The position numbers and the translations under genes were made by a program. DNA of 64,000 bases from a virus. Its lineage: Duplodnaviria; Caudoviricetes. The DNA lies in IMG/VR virus record IMGVR_UViG_3300027689_000001, positions 86,001 to 150,000 of that record. One strand, written 5' to 3'. The first letter of the stretch is position 1. Each line of letters opens with the position of its first letter. Of the stretch, positions 33,675 to 42,896 are shown in pieces. A model generated the notes under the pieces. That model did not search any database and was not told the DNA's origin. It saw only the letters and a list, made by a program, of their open reading frames with translations.

Positions 33675-35939
33675 TTAGGCGACTGCCCGAATCATTTTGG
33701 TCAGCAGAACACGGTTTGCTTGCTTTCCGTTTTGCATTTTCTTGAATGCTTGGAAGATTTGCTTTGTATTCTCACTATCAACAGTCAGAGTGTCAGTACC
33801 GATCTGCAGGTTCTTGCCACCTGGAACGAGGAAGCGATTGTGGAACCCACCGTGGTTGTCGAGAGTGAACACACGATCCTTAACCCATTCTGTCTTCCAC
33901 TTGGTGTCGAAGTTAGAGTCATCACCGAGCATACGACGAGCAGTATGCTTTTCGCTATATCCCACGATGAAGAAGTTGATCACTCGCGAACCAGTCACCT
34001 GACCGTAGAGTTCGAGCAGTGCATTTGAGTAGGCAGAACGCATACCCTTATCACGGTCGTACTTTACCGTAACCGACTTACGAGTCTTTGCATCTTCAAT
34101 GGTCAGATTGCTATTACCGTAGTAGTTATGGGTATTGGTGCTGAAGTTATTGTCACCGTCGCCATCAGTCAGGAACACGGTGGACAAAACTTCTAGGCGA
34201 TGCTTCGAGCGGAACTGCTCAGCAATCGAACGAGCAACAATAACTGATTCCTCGAGAGGAGTCGAACCAAGACCGAAGTGATCAGGGTATCTGTAAGTGA
34301 CATTGTTATAGTTACCATACATACGACGATTATCATATGCATGACCAAGATGCAGTAACTCTTTTACAGCATTATTAAACTGTGCACTAGAGCAACTGCC
34401 ATCGAGGAACTGATATAAGAAGAAATTTGAATCAGCAATCTGGATATCATTCTTGTTTTCACCAGTGGTAATTTCACGATGTTCGCGATTGTATTCAGGG
34501 AATGCAGTTTTAGCAAACTGATTATTTATAAATCCATAAACTTCCATTGGGATGCGCACCTTGCGGCAGAACATCGCCAGCGTAACCATCTGCTCGATCG
34601 TACCTTTCATGTTCATGTCCATAGAACCAGACATGTCGAGGAACATAAGCATACCGTGGTTCTTACCGTTAGGCATAATCGTGTGACGAGCGAACAGATC
34701 TTCGCTGATCTTATGCGCCCACAAACGATCAGTGTCAAGACGACCAGTCTTAGCAACAGTCGCACGAGCAAACTCAGATGCCTTACGACGCATTTCGAAT
34801 TCTTGAACCATCAGGTTGATATATTTTTGGTTGTTTGCACGAAATTCATTGTAAACTTTAGTTGCATCAGGTTCAGATTCAACCATGTTGTAACCATCAC
34901 GAACAGTAATCTTGATGCTATCAATCACTCTTTTCATTGGAATAATATAGTCAGAAGGTTTTACCATCGTCAGGTTGCCATAGACATATGGACGCGACTT
35001 ATCATCGATCAGTTCGTCTTCACTATTGCGGAAGTTTTCGTCGGTCTCGGCGATAGGATTTTCGTTGTAATATGGTTCTTCTTGGAAACCTTTTGACCCA
35101 TCTGGGTTGCGCGAATCATAATCTTGATCGTCGCCATTTTCACCAGATTCATCATCATCAGTTTCAGAGGTGGTGCTTTCTTCTTCAGTTTCTTCCGACT
35201 GTCCACCAGATTGACCTTCGCCATCTTGTGTGTCATCGGTTTCTTCAGAATCACCATCAGACTCACCATCAGAGGTTTCGGTGGGAGCAGAGGAAAGAGA
35301 ATCCATGTCGAACTCATCACCCATCATGCCACCGAGTTGATCCATCAACTCATCAAAGGCAGTTTCTTCAGGAGTCTGTTCCGTCTTAGCAAGACCGTAG
35401 AGTTCGGTTGCCAGCGCCGATACATCATCCCAAGTTTCTAGAACGTCGATACGATGCAGGATTGCTTTCTCGTCTTCCGAGAACTGAATGTTCAGGAAAG
35501 CACCAACCTTGTAATAAAGGTTAACACGGTCAATGAAGCGAAGTGTATCGAGGTCGCGACCTTCAACGCCGAAGAAGTTACGCTCAAACAATTCCTTGTA
35601 ACCAGCGAAGAAATTCTTGCGGATACCAGGATACTTGTCCTTAACCTTGCGCTCGATACGAGCATCTTCAAGGATGTTCAGGAACGACTTGATGCCGTTG
35701 CCACCGTCGGTGATAGCATCATGCCATCCCTCGGCAGGAGTGTAGAGAGCATGACCGATTTCGTGACCGATAAGCAGGTCGTAGAGGTCAGCAGACATTT
35801 CCTTCCAGATAGGAAGGATCAACGCACGGTCTTGAAGGTTGAACGCTGCGGTTGCAACCTTCTGGTGCTCAATGCGGATATTCTCAGAAGCAAGGAGCTT
35901 AGCGAGAATGGACTTTTCAGAGTTAGAAACGGACATCAC
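33675..35939 (-). CDS. CobT-like protein: HEXXH metallopeptidase-like domain, acidic linker, vWA domain
   Basis: GHEIGHAL, NILEDARIE, D/E-rich linker, MIDAS LDMSGSM, GSTPL, FLTDGD. Confidence 0.88.
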   Translation of the reverse strand: MMSVSNSEKSILAKLLASENIRIEHQKVATAAFNLQDRALILPIWKEMSADLYDLLIGHEIGHALYTPAEGWHDAITDGGNGIKSFLNILEDARIERKVKDKYPGIRKNFFAGYKELFERNFFGVEGRDLDTLRFIDRVNLYYKVGAFLNIQFSEDEKAILHRIDVLETWDDVSALATELYGLAKTEQTPEETAFDELMDQLGGMMGDEFDMDSLSSAPTETSDGESDGDSEETDDTQDGEGQSGGQSEETEEESTTSETDDDESGENGDDQDYDSRNPDGSKGFQEEPYYNENPIAETDENFRNSEDELIDDKSRPYVYGNLTMVKPSDYIIPMKRVIDSIKITVRDGYNMVESEPDATKVYNEFRANNQKYINLMVQEFEMRRKASEFARATVAKTGRLDTDRLWAHKISEDLFARHTIMPNGKNHGMLMFLDMSGSMDMNMKGTIEQMVTLAMFCRKVRIPMEVYGFINNQFAKTAFPEYNREHREITTGENKNDIQIADSNFFLYQFLDGSCSSAQFNNAVKELLHLGHAYDNRRMYGNYNNVTYRYPDHFGLGSTPLEESVIVARSIAEQFRSKHRLEVLSTVFLTDGDGDNNFSTNTHNYYGNSNLTIEDAKTRKSVTVKYDRDKGMRSAYSNALLELYGQVTGSRVINFFIVGYSEKHTARRMLGDDSNFDTKWKTEWVKDRVFTLDNHGGFHNRFLVPGGKNLQIGTDTLTVDSENTKQIFQAFKKMQNGKQANRVLLTKMIRAVA

Positions 35940-35965
35940 AAAACCTCATCATCAATTTATATTCC

Positions 35966-35994
35966 ATTCTACCCCAAAATGAGATAAAAGTCAA
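35966..35994 (-). promoter_or_regulatory. Early sigma70-type promoter
   Basis: TTGACT-17 nt-TAGAAT with TTTTGGGG before the -10. Confidence 0.8.
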
Positions 35995-36018
35995 CACTTA
36001 ATTTGAGATTCTTGAAAA

Positions 36019-36366
36019 TTAATAACAGGTCGTAACTTTAGTATAGTGCACGACTTCACCTCGGCGATTATACAGCGGTTGATATTCTTCGTAGCAGGTA
36101 CGCTCTTGCTGACGACGATAGTGATAGTCATATTCGCGGTCATAGACTTCGCGGTCAACAGGTTGTTTACGACTAGCAGCAGCGCCAAGAATGAATGCGC
36201 CTACACCGATGGCGATTGCCTCACCAGTGCTAATGCGCGAACGTTTATGCTGGCGGTCATCCCTGCGTTGTTCCCAACCATTTCCATCGCGGTTGCGTGC
36301 CTCAGCAGCAACAGGAACAAACGCAACACTCAGAGCAACCAAACTTACAACAACAGACTTAATCAT
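36019..36366 (-). CDS. Secreted or membrane host-like protein with a glycine-zipper-like helix
   Basis: Signal peptide ending AEA, Arg/Asp-rich segment, AIAIGVGAFILGAAA, C-terminal Cys pair. Confidence 0.7.
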   Translation of the reverse strand: MIKSVVVSLVALSVAFVPVAAEARNRDGNGWEQRRDDRQHKRSRISTGEAIAIGVGAFILGAAASRKQPVDREVYDREYDYHYRRQQERTCYEEYQPLYNRRGEVVHYTKVTTCY

Positions 36367-36397
36367 TTTGAATTACCTTTCTTATTGTTACCATTGA

Positions 36398-36556
36398 TTA
36401 CCATTCGTTGATAATCTTAATTCCTTTATTCCGATAATGCTGCCTCCAGTAGAAGCATTCATCCATCATAGCATTTCCGCTGTGACCTTTGTATTCAATC
36501 TTACGAAGAACCCTGTTGGTTTTAGCATTGCGAATGGTAAGAGTATAATTAAGCAT
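36398..36556 (-). CDS. Small hypothetical early protein (52 aa, below the ORF-track cutoff)
   Basis: MLNYTLTIRNAKTNRVLRKIEYKGHSGNAMMDECFYWRQHYRNKGIKIINEW; AAAGGA SD directly downstream of a promoter. Confidence 0.7.
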   Translation of the reverse strand: MLNYTLTIRNAKTNRVLRKIEYKGHSGNAMMDECFYWRQHYRNKGIKIINEW

Positions 36557-36581
36557 ATTCAGTTTCCTTTCTTATTATTCC

Positions 36582-36610
36582 ATTCTACCCCAAAACGTAC
36601 CAGAAGTCAA
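36582..36610 (-). promoter_or_regulatory. Early sigma70-type promoter
   Basis: TTGACT-17 nt-TAGAAT; shares TTTTGGGGTAGAATGGAAT with the promoter at 35966. Confidence 0.8.
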
Positions 36611-36614
36611 GCCC

Positions 36615-37229
36615 TTATTTACGATATCTTGTCATCGTTCCATCATGATGTGCAAGGTATGCTTCAAAATCAATATCAGGATATTCAGTCTTTAAACCTA
36701 GTAGCATATCTAGATTTGAGATTGCATCATCGAACAGACGGACACGAGCGTATTTACCCGTTTCGAGATACTGTTTGATAACGATTTTCTTACCCGCAGC
36801 AGAGTTGGGTGCATCGAGATTACCCGAACGATGAACGTGCACATCATCAATGTCAATTCCCTGTTGACGGAAAGTGTCTAGGAAAGTTTCGCGGTCATCG
36901 AAGTCTGAGCGAGCAGTGATGATAATCATCTTACTACCAACACGATTCTTAATGTTTTTGTGGATTGCTTTCGCCTTCGCGATTGCTCGAGCGATAGGCT
37001 CTGAGGTGTCGCGGAAATGTTTCGCGTCTTTGAATTCAACGAAGTCGTAGGTCTCTCCAGGTTTCCGAGTGTATGTATTATACTCAGTGTTGGAAAGTTT
37101 CTTTACCAGTTTGCCGTCTTTGACGACATGGATTTGCGCTTTAGTGTTAAAGAGGGTCTCGTCAATATCCCAAATGGTCAGACCAGCACCCTCTTTAGAC
37201 TCAGCGATATAATCTTTAAAATTTATCAT
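36615..37229 (-). CDS. HAD-superfamily phosphatase (Pnk 3'-phosphatase-like) with capsid-targeting-like N-terminus
   Basis: MINFKDYIAE; HAD motifs WDIDETL, ITAR, K (AAGKK), FDDAISN. Confidence 0.8.
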   Translation of the reverse strand: MINFKDYIAESKEGAGLTIWDIDETLFNTKAQIHVVKDGKLVKKLSNTEYNTYTRKPGETYDFVEFKDAKHFRDTSEPIARAIAKAKAIHKNIKNRVGSKMIIITARSDFDDRETFLDTFRQQGIDIDDVHVHRSGNLDAPNSAAGKKIVIKQYLETGKYARVRLFDDAISNLDMLLGLKTEYPDIDFEAYLAHHDGTMTRYRK

Positions 37230-37235
37230 ACAAAC

Positions 37236-37264
37236 AGTATACCTGATTTTTTTAGAAAAGTCAA
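37236..37264 (-). promoter_or_regulatory. Early sigma70-type promoter (leaderless), with late-like CATAAATA at 37268-37275
   Basis: TTGACT-17 nt-TATACT-6 nt-ATG. Confidence 0.75.
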
Positions 37265-37270
37265 GCCTAT

Positions 37271-37861
37271 TTATGTTGTAGAAGATGTCTTTTTTCTAGT
37301 TTTTTTCTCAGGAGTTTCTTGACTTTTGATTCGGTGTGCTAGACGTTTAGCAACCTCTTCAGCATCCAACCAGATGTCCTTGTTATCCAGCATCGACTTA
37401 ATCTCTGCTTCGGTTAAGAAATCTTTATAGAAAGAGGCAAATAACTTCTCAGACCATGCGCGAAAGTGCGTAATCTGGTCATACATTTCGCCACCCTTAC
37501 CAATTGTTCCACTCGAGTAATTGTGGAACATAAACATGGTATGGTCAGAAAGTTCAAACTGATCCGCAGTCAGGAAGATAAGAGTGGCAGCACTCATACA
37601 AATTCCTTCTACTGAACAGATAATCGTAGCAGAGGATTCTTGAATCGCACGAACCAACTGCAGAGCGGAGAACAGATCTCCACCTTCGCTGTTAATGCGG
37701 ATATAAACGATATCGGTTTCACCAACTGAACGAAGAATTTGAAACCATTCAATATATTCTTCCGCCTCTTTAATCTCACCGCAAAGGTAAAAATTAAAAA
37801 TCTTTGCAGCAGGTTCAGCAAAAAACTTTTGTTTATGAGCGAAGGTGTCAGAGTCGTTCAT
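37271..37861 (-). CDS. clpP: ClpP-like serine protease
   Basis: INSEGGD, GICMSAAT (catalytic Ser), FMFH (His), DIWLDAEE; start ATG 37861. Confidence 0.88.
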   Translation of the reverse strand: MNDSDTFAHKQKFFAEPAAKIFNFYLCGEIKEAEEYIEWFQILRSVGETDIVYIRINSEGGDLFSALQLVRAIQESSATIICSVEGICMSAATLIFLTADQFELSDHTMFMFHNYSSGTIGKGGEMYDQITHFRAWSEKLFASFYKDFLTEAEIKSMLDNKDIWLDAEEVAKRLAHRIKSQETPEKKTRKKTSSTT

Positions 37862-38216
37862 AATATCTCGTGATCGCTGTGATCTTATCAATTTGTGTGT
37901 CAATTGTTTTGGTCCTTGTTACTCCTGGCCAATGTATGTAATCGCGCTCAGGATTTTTCTTTAAATTATAAAGTAGAGGCAAGATCATATCCTCGACTTC
38001 TCTCAACTTTGATGAAACTTCTTGTTGTAGTAGCGCCTTATGTTCAGCAACAATTCCAGTTGCATCTGTACCCGCGAGTTTAGCAGAGAGTTCTGACAGT
38101 TTTGCCATAATCTCATCTTGTCCAGCAGTATCAACAGATGCTGGTTGTTGAACATGAATTACGGTTTCGGTTGGATCTTCAAACGTGAATCCAAAATCAT
38201 ACGTTTTGTCGGACAT
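37848..38216 (-). CDS. Conserved hypothetical phage protein
   Basis: DFGFTF N-terminus and MILPLLYNLKKNPERDYIHWP, recalled from T4-like phages. Confidence 0.75.
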   Translation of the reverse strand: MSDKTYDFGFTFEDPTETVIHVQQPASVDTAGQDEIMAKLSELSAKLAGTDATGIVAEHKALLQQEVSSKLREVEDMILPLLYNLKKNPERDYIHWPGVTRTKTIDTQIDKITAITRYYERL

Positions 38217-38712
38217 TTTTCTGAATATACCTTTTTGCTCGTTTTTCTAGAGATTTGATTGCCATTTCACGCTTTAGTTTTGATGCTCTATCCAAAAAAT
38301 TCATACCAATCATATGGTCGTATTCATGGAGAGCGATTCTTGCCTCTAGACCAGCAAGTTGCTCAACAACATACTCACCTTGAATATTACGATACGAAAT
38401 TGTAACTTCCTCTGGTCGGCGAATGTTCACCCACATACCTGGAAGACTCAGACAACCCTCAGTGGCAGTATTCTTTTTGTCAGAAAGAGAGACAATAGTT
38501 GGATTGAACAGATTCTTTCTGTTTGTTTCGTCAGTTCCCATAACAAAAACTTTTGCGTCTATACCAACTTGGTTAGCAGATAGACCAAGTCCCTTCAGTT
38601 CTCGGCACTTCGCCCACAGAGCATCAGCAAGTTCCTGTGCATTCTGTTTTTCAAAATCAAATTCAACGGGAATCTCTCTTAACAGAGGATCACTAATTTT
38701 CAACAGTTCCAT
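38197..38712 (-). CDS. def: Peptide deformylase
   Basis: GLGLSANQVG, EGCLS, HEYDH. Confidence 0.96.
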   Translation of the reverse strand: MELLKISDPLLREIPVEFDFEKQNAQELADALWAKCRELKGLGLSANQVGIDAKVFVMGTDETNRKNLFNPTIVSLSDKKNTATEGCLSLPGMWVNIRRPEEVTISYRNIQGEYVVEQLAGLEARIALHEYDHMIGMNFLDRASKLKREMAIKSLEKRAKRYIQKNVRQNV

Positions 38713-39563
38713 TATGCTACTTTCGCTACTTTTTTAGATTTAATTTCTTGCGCAGACATCTGTCTGTGTGGTTCATTTATACCTTCGATACCGTATCCCT
38801 TGCAAAATCTACAAACATCCATACTAATGATTTTACTTTTCTCGCGAGAGGTATATGTTTCTACAAAGTTCTCATCAATATTTATACCATCAGTTTCAAG
38901 TAAATCATAAGGAAGGGGAACTCCTATGCTATTGTAATACCTATTTTTATGAAGTGAGTGTGAACATCTATAGTATTTACCATCTTTAAACGTATGACAC
39001 CAGTGATGCATATCGCATGCTGAATAAACTTTTTGTGATTCTTCAGGAGACTGTTCAGTATATTGATCTAATACTCTAAATTCTTTGTTTCTATCAGGAT
39101 TATTTGTTGGAACTTTAGTTGCTATCTTAGCAATGTTTAATGCACCAGTATCAGTTACAATCATGTAACGATATTCATTACTGTCTAAGAAATTCAGTAT
39201 CTTGTCATAGTTAATTTTTGTATTTTCATAGATACTAAGATGTATAATGTCACAATATTCCCAAAATTCTTTCGGTTGTGAAATCAAATTAATGCCGTTT
39301 GTCGCAACTGCTGTTTTATCTGCAATAAAAGTTTGTTTAATATATTTTAAATATTTAATAATTTCTGGATTTAAAGTAGGTTCTCCACCAATGATGCGAA
39401 AAACACCAGCATGAACATACTTAGAAAGTTGTTCTACATCTTTAACAAAACTATCATAATCACTAAACCATTCGTCAATAAATGGTGATCCAACCGAACA
39501 GTTTGCACATTTAAGATTACAATGTAACGTTACATAATATTCTATGTATGGGCGGTTAATCAT
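38712..39563 (-). CDS. Radical SAM protein
   Basis: CNLKCANC (CxxxCxxC), IGGEPTLNP, TNG, C-terminal Cys cluster (SPASM/twitch-like). Confidence 0.88.
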   Translation of the reverse strand: MINRPYIEYYVTLHCNLKCANCSVGSPFIDEWFSDYDSFVKDVEQLSKYVHAGVFRIIGGEPTLNPEIIKYLKYIKQTFIADKTAVATNGINLISQPKEFWEYCDIIHLSIYENTKINYDKILNFLDSNEYRYMIVTDTGALNIAKIATKVPTNNPDRNKEFRVLDQYTEQSPEESQKVYSACDMHHWCHTFKDGKYYRCSHSLHKNRYYNSIGVPLPYDLLETDGINIDENFVETYTSREKSKIISMDVCRFCKGYGIEGINEPHRQMSAQEIKSKKVAKVA

Positions 39564-41275
39564 GTTACCATTTCACTATAATTGTTTTTCTTCTCGAACT
39601 TAATCAAACTGCGGAACTTATCGAACAGTTGGTCGCCTTTGTGACTAATAACAAACGTATTCGTTTCTTCACCAAGAGTATCTAGTAATGCCATAACGTA
39701 ATCAGTTCCATTGTTATCTAGAGAACTATCAAACACTTCGTCAAGAATCAGCAGGTTAGTCGCAACGCTGTTCTTCATCTTTGCGATTGTGCGCCAAGTA
39801 AACAGCAGCGCCAGATCAATTCTCTGCTTCTCACCTTCACTGAACGATGCATAACTAAAGTCATCACGGTGACGAGACTTAATCGTTTCGTCAAACTTTT
39901 CATCTAGATTAAACTGAACAAAGAAGTCCATTGCAGTTAGATATTTATTCACCAATTTATTGATAACTGGAAGATATTGCCGAATAATTTTAGTCTTAAT
40001 ACCAGTGTCCTTGAGAAGCGTCGACACAGCGTCCATGTAATGCTTTTCTTCATTCAGGGTTGCCTTTTCGGAATTCTGAGCAAGAACATCCTTGGCGAAT
40101 GCCTTTAGTTTATCTTTCTCACCATCAATGTCTGCAGTCTTAGTAGTGATATCATTCAGTTCCAAATTGAGTGCCTGAATCAATCTCTGTTGAACAATAA
40201 TCTCATTGTTATGAGTGATAATCTCTGTATTCAACCCAGAAATTTGTTCGGAGAGAGTCTCATTTTCCGTGATAAGTTCTCCAAGTTTCGTAAATTCTTC
40301 CTGGAGTTTCTCCATTCCTGAAGAGAGTTCTTGGATTTTCTCTTGTCTGGATGATACGATGGTTTCTTTATGATCGTGAGCAATGCCTTGCTGACACGTC
40401 GGACACTCGTCTGTCTCATTATAGAACGAAACCTCTTTTTTGAGATCTCGGAGTTGGGTGGAAAATTTGGTTTTGAAAGAATCGAGTTTCTTTTGTTTTG
40501 TAGCGAGGTCTCCAAGTGCTGCCTTGGCATCTTCATGCGCAACCTTTTCGCCGAAGAGCGTAGTAACAAGACTCTGGAAGTTCGCGATGGCAAGTTCGCC
40601 ATCGTCAATACGAGACTGAATTTCATCTGATCGTTTCTCCTTATTTGTCTCGAGAGTGTCAACATATTCTTTCTGTAGAGTTGCCTTTTGCTTTAGAACC
40701 TCGAGGCGACTATCTGCGGCAGTCAACTTATCCTTAATCTCAATGATTTTGTCTTTCAAGACACTATTCATCGTAGTAAAGATCTGAATGTCAAGAATGT
40801 CTTCAATGATTTCACGACGAGTAAACGCAGGAAGTTGCATGAATGGAGTAAAGGATGCGCTTCCTAGAATAACAATCTGTGTGAACGACTTATAATTCAT
40901 CTTAAGAATTGATTCTTCGAGATACTTCTGGTAGTCACGAGCAGCAGCGTCTTGATTAATAAGTTCGCCATCTACATAAATCTCAAAGATATTCGGACGA
41001 ATACCACGCACAATCTTATATAACTTACGACCAGTTTGGAATTCAATTTCGACCAGCAAGTTCTTCTTGTTGATGGAGTTGATCAACTGTGGTTTGTTGA
41101 TGTTGCGAAATGGTTTATTGAAGAGAGCAAAGCAAAGTGCATCGAGCATAGTCGATTTACCACCACCATTTTCTCCTACGATCAGAGTGCTAGGTGACCG
41201 ATCCAATTTAATTTCTGTAAACTGGTTGCCCGTCGACAGCATATTTTTCCATCGAATAGTATTAAAATTAATCAT
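39560..41275 (-). CDS. gp46: Recombination nuclease ATPase subunit (Rad50/SbcC-like)
   Basis: GENGGGKST, CPTC zinc hook, FSEGEKQRIDL, LDEVFD, ISH. Confidence 0.97.
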   Translation of the reverse strand: MINFNTIRWKNMLSTGNQFTEIKLDRSPSTLIVGENGGGKSTMLDALCFALFNKPFRNINKPQLINSINKKNLLVEIEFQTGRKLYKIVRGIRPNIFEIYVDGELINQDAAARDYQKYLEESILKMNYKSFTQIVILGSASFTPFMQLPAFTRREIIEDILDIQIFTTMNSVLKDKIIEIKDKLTAADSRLEVLKQKATLQKEYVDTLETNKEKRSDEIQSRIDDGELAIANFQSLVTTLFGEKVAHEDAKAALGDLATKQKKLDSFKTKFSTQLRDLKKEVSFYNETDECPTCQQGIAHDHKETIVSSRQEKIQELSSGMEKLQEEFTKLGELITENETLSEQISGLNTEIITHNNEIIVQQRLIQALNLELNDITTKTADIDGEKDKLKAFAKDVLAQNSEKATLNEEKHYMDAVSTLLKDTGIKTKIIRQYLPVINKLVNKYLTAMDFFVQFNLDEKFDETIKSRHRDDFSYASFSEGEKQRIDLALLFTWRTIAKMKNSVATNLLILDEVFDSSLDNNGTDYVMALLDTLGEETNTFVISHKGDQLFDKFRSLIKFEKKNNYSEMVT

Positions 41276-42327
41276 ACAGTAACGTTCTGTGCCTCAACAT
41301 AGAGAGTTTGTAGAATAGATTTGATTCTAGTCTTTTCTAGATCGGTAGAAATAGTATCGACGAAATCAGATAGAACAGTCATAGTATCCTCGACATTAAA
41401 TTCTTCTTCACCCATTGCTTCGGTTTCAAACTCGGAGAAGTCTTCAATAATCTTTAGTTCGAGAAGATTACAGTCATAGAGTTTATCTACGAACCGATCA
41501 AACTTATAGAAGTCAGTTTTCTTAACAACAACTAATCGAACACAACACCCAACAAGTGCACTAACATCAAGCAAACTAGGATCGTCAGTAGTGTCGTCAT
41601 AATAGATTTTATGGAAGATCCGATTGGGGTTCTCAAAGAATTCTACCTCGTTAGTTTCCGTGTCATATAGGTGATACCCTCTAGGGTCATTATAATCAGA
41701 CCAAGTAAACTCATAGGTATTACCAAGATACAGAATGTTACCAGTCCGACTGCGATGGTGAAAATGACCAGAACAAACGAGAGGAAATCTATCAAAATGT
41801 TTTGTATCCATTCCATGGTCATTCGTATGCCCACGATACATTTGGAAACCTGCAAATTCAAAGTGTCCAAATACGGCTTGTGCAGGTGAGGCATTAACAA
41901 TCTCCATAGTCTGATCATAGTTACCCGAACAAATCCAAGGAACTAGTAGTAGGTTTTTACCATCAACGATAATATTTTCTGTTTCAGAATAGGTAATTAC
42001 GTTGGGATATTCGCGCAGCAACAAATCAAGTGCATTGACTTCATTGGTGTTCTTAAAGAATGTGTCGTGGTTTCCTGCAATCATGTGAACGTCGATACCA
42101 AGATCAACAGTTCGATCGAAGAAATACTCACGACACTTCTTCAGCGTATTAAAATTGATGTATTTCCGACGATCAAAGACGTCACCAAGATGGATGATTG
42201 TCTTAATCTGTTCACGCTCAAGATGAGGAAAGAAAACTTCTGTATAGAACTTATTAAAGAAGTTATCAAACGGAATTGAATCCGATCGTGCCCCGAAGTG
42301 AGTGTCGGTAATTAATGCAATTTTCAT
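41272..42327 (-). CDS. gp47: Recombination nuclease subunit (Mre11/SbcD-like)
   Basis: TDTHFG, LGDVFDRR, GNHD, GHFE, SGHFH. Confidence 0.97.
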   Translation of the reverse strand: MKIALITDTHFGARSDSIPFDNFFNKFYTEVFFPHLEREQIKTIIHLGDVFDRRKYINFNTLKKCREYFFDRTVDLGIDVHMIAGNHDTFFKNTNEVNALDLLLREYPNVITYSETENIIVDGKNLLLVPWICSGNYDQTMEIVNASPAQAVFGHFEFAGFQMYRGHTNDHGMDTKHFDRFPLVCSGHFHHRSRTGNILYLGNTYEFTWSDYNDPRGYHLYDTETNEVEFFENPNRIFHKIYYDDTTDDPSLLDVSALVGCCVRLVVVKKTDFYKFDRFVDKLYDCNLLELKIIEDFSEFETEAMGEEEFNVEDTMTVLSDFVDTISTDLEKTRIKSILQTLYVEAQNVTV

Positions 42328-42512
42328 ACAGTACGAATCGCAACCTTAATATCACGATAAAATTGATCAAGGATTTCGCGCACCTTTACCTTCTCAGAAG
42401 GTGATGCGCCATCGATTGCGATGTAGATATTGCTATTCAGAGAACTTTGCCCAACACCACGATCTGAATCTGCATCCATATCATTATGGAGAATTTGTGT
42501 TTCGATAATCAT
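42324..42512 (-). CDS. Small hypothetical protein
   Basis: Start ATG 42512 (MIIETQ); stop overlaps the gp47 start. Confidence 0.6.
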   Translation of the reverse strand: MIIETQILHNDMDADSDRGVGQSSLNSNIYIAIDGASPSEKVKVREILDQFYRDIKVAIRTV

Positions 42513-42519
42513 AATATTC

Positions 42520-42837
42520 TCACTTAGCAGGGGTGGTGGCGACAGGTGTAGGTTCAACTGCATTCTGGATTACATCGACAGCTTCAGGTGCTGGCAATTC
42601 ATCGTCTCCAGCAAGATGCACAAGATTGATTCGACCATCACAGAGCATGTAGTGTTGATCAACACCAAGTCGACTTGACTCAAGGTAGATACATCCAGGA
42701 TTTTGACGTGTAACTTGTGTTACTTTATTCTCGTGTCGTGCAACCATAAACAAGAGAAGAAGAAGTGGAATACCCAGACCAGCAGCGAACAAAAGACCAG
42801 TAGTATTCTCAGAAACCCATTTAGAAAACTTACTCAT
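42520..42837 (-). CDS. Hypothetical membrane-anchored protein
   Basis: Start ATG 42837 after GGAGG; N-terminal TM, two Cys, Pro/Ala tail. Confidence 0.65.
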   Translation of the reverse strand: MSKFSKWVSENTTGLLFAAGLGIPLLLLLFMVARHENKVTQVTRQNPGCIYLESSRLGVDQHYMLCDGRINLVHLAGDDELPAPEAVDVIQNAVEPTPVATTPAK

Positions 42838-42867
42838 ATAAACCTCCATAACATTAATACTAAAACA

Positions 42868-42896
42868 ACTATACCTCAATTAACGTCAAAGGTCAA
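42868..42896 (-). promoter_or_regulatory. Early sigma70-type promoter
   Basis: TTGACC-17 nt-TATAGT. Confidence 0.7.

Noticed and set aside
31990-35939. Cobalamin biosynthesis (cobS/cobT) as a metabolic pathway
   Set aside because: There is no cobN or other cob gene in the window, and the partner carries a HEXXH domain, so it is better described as a MoxR/vWA pair.
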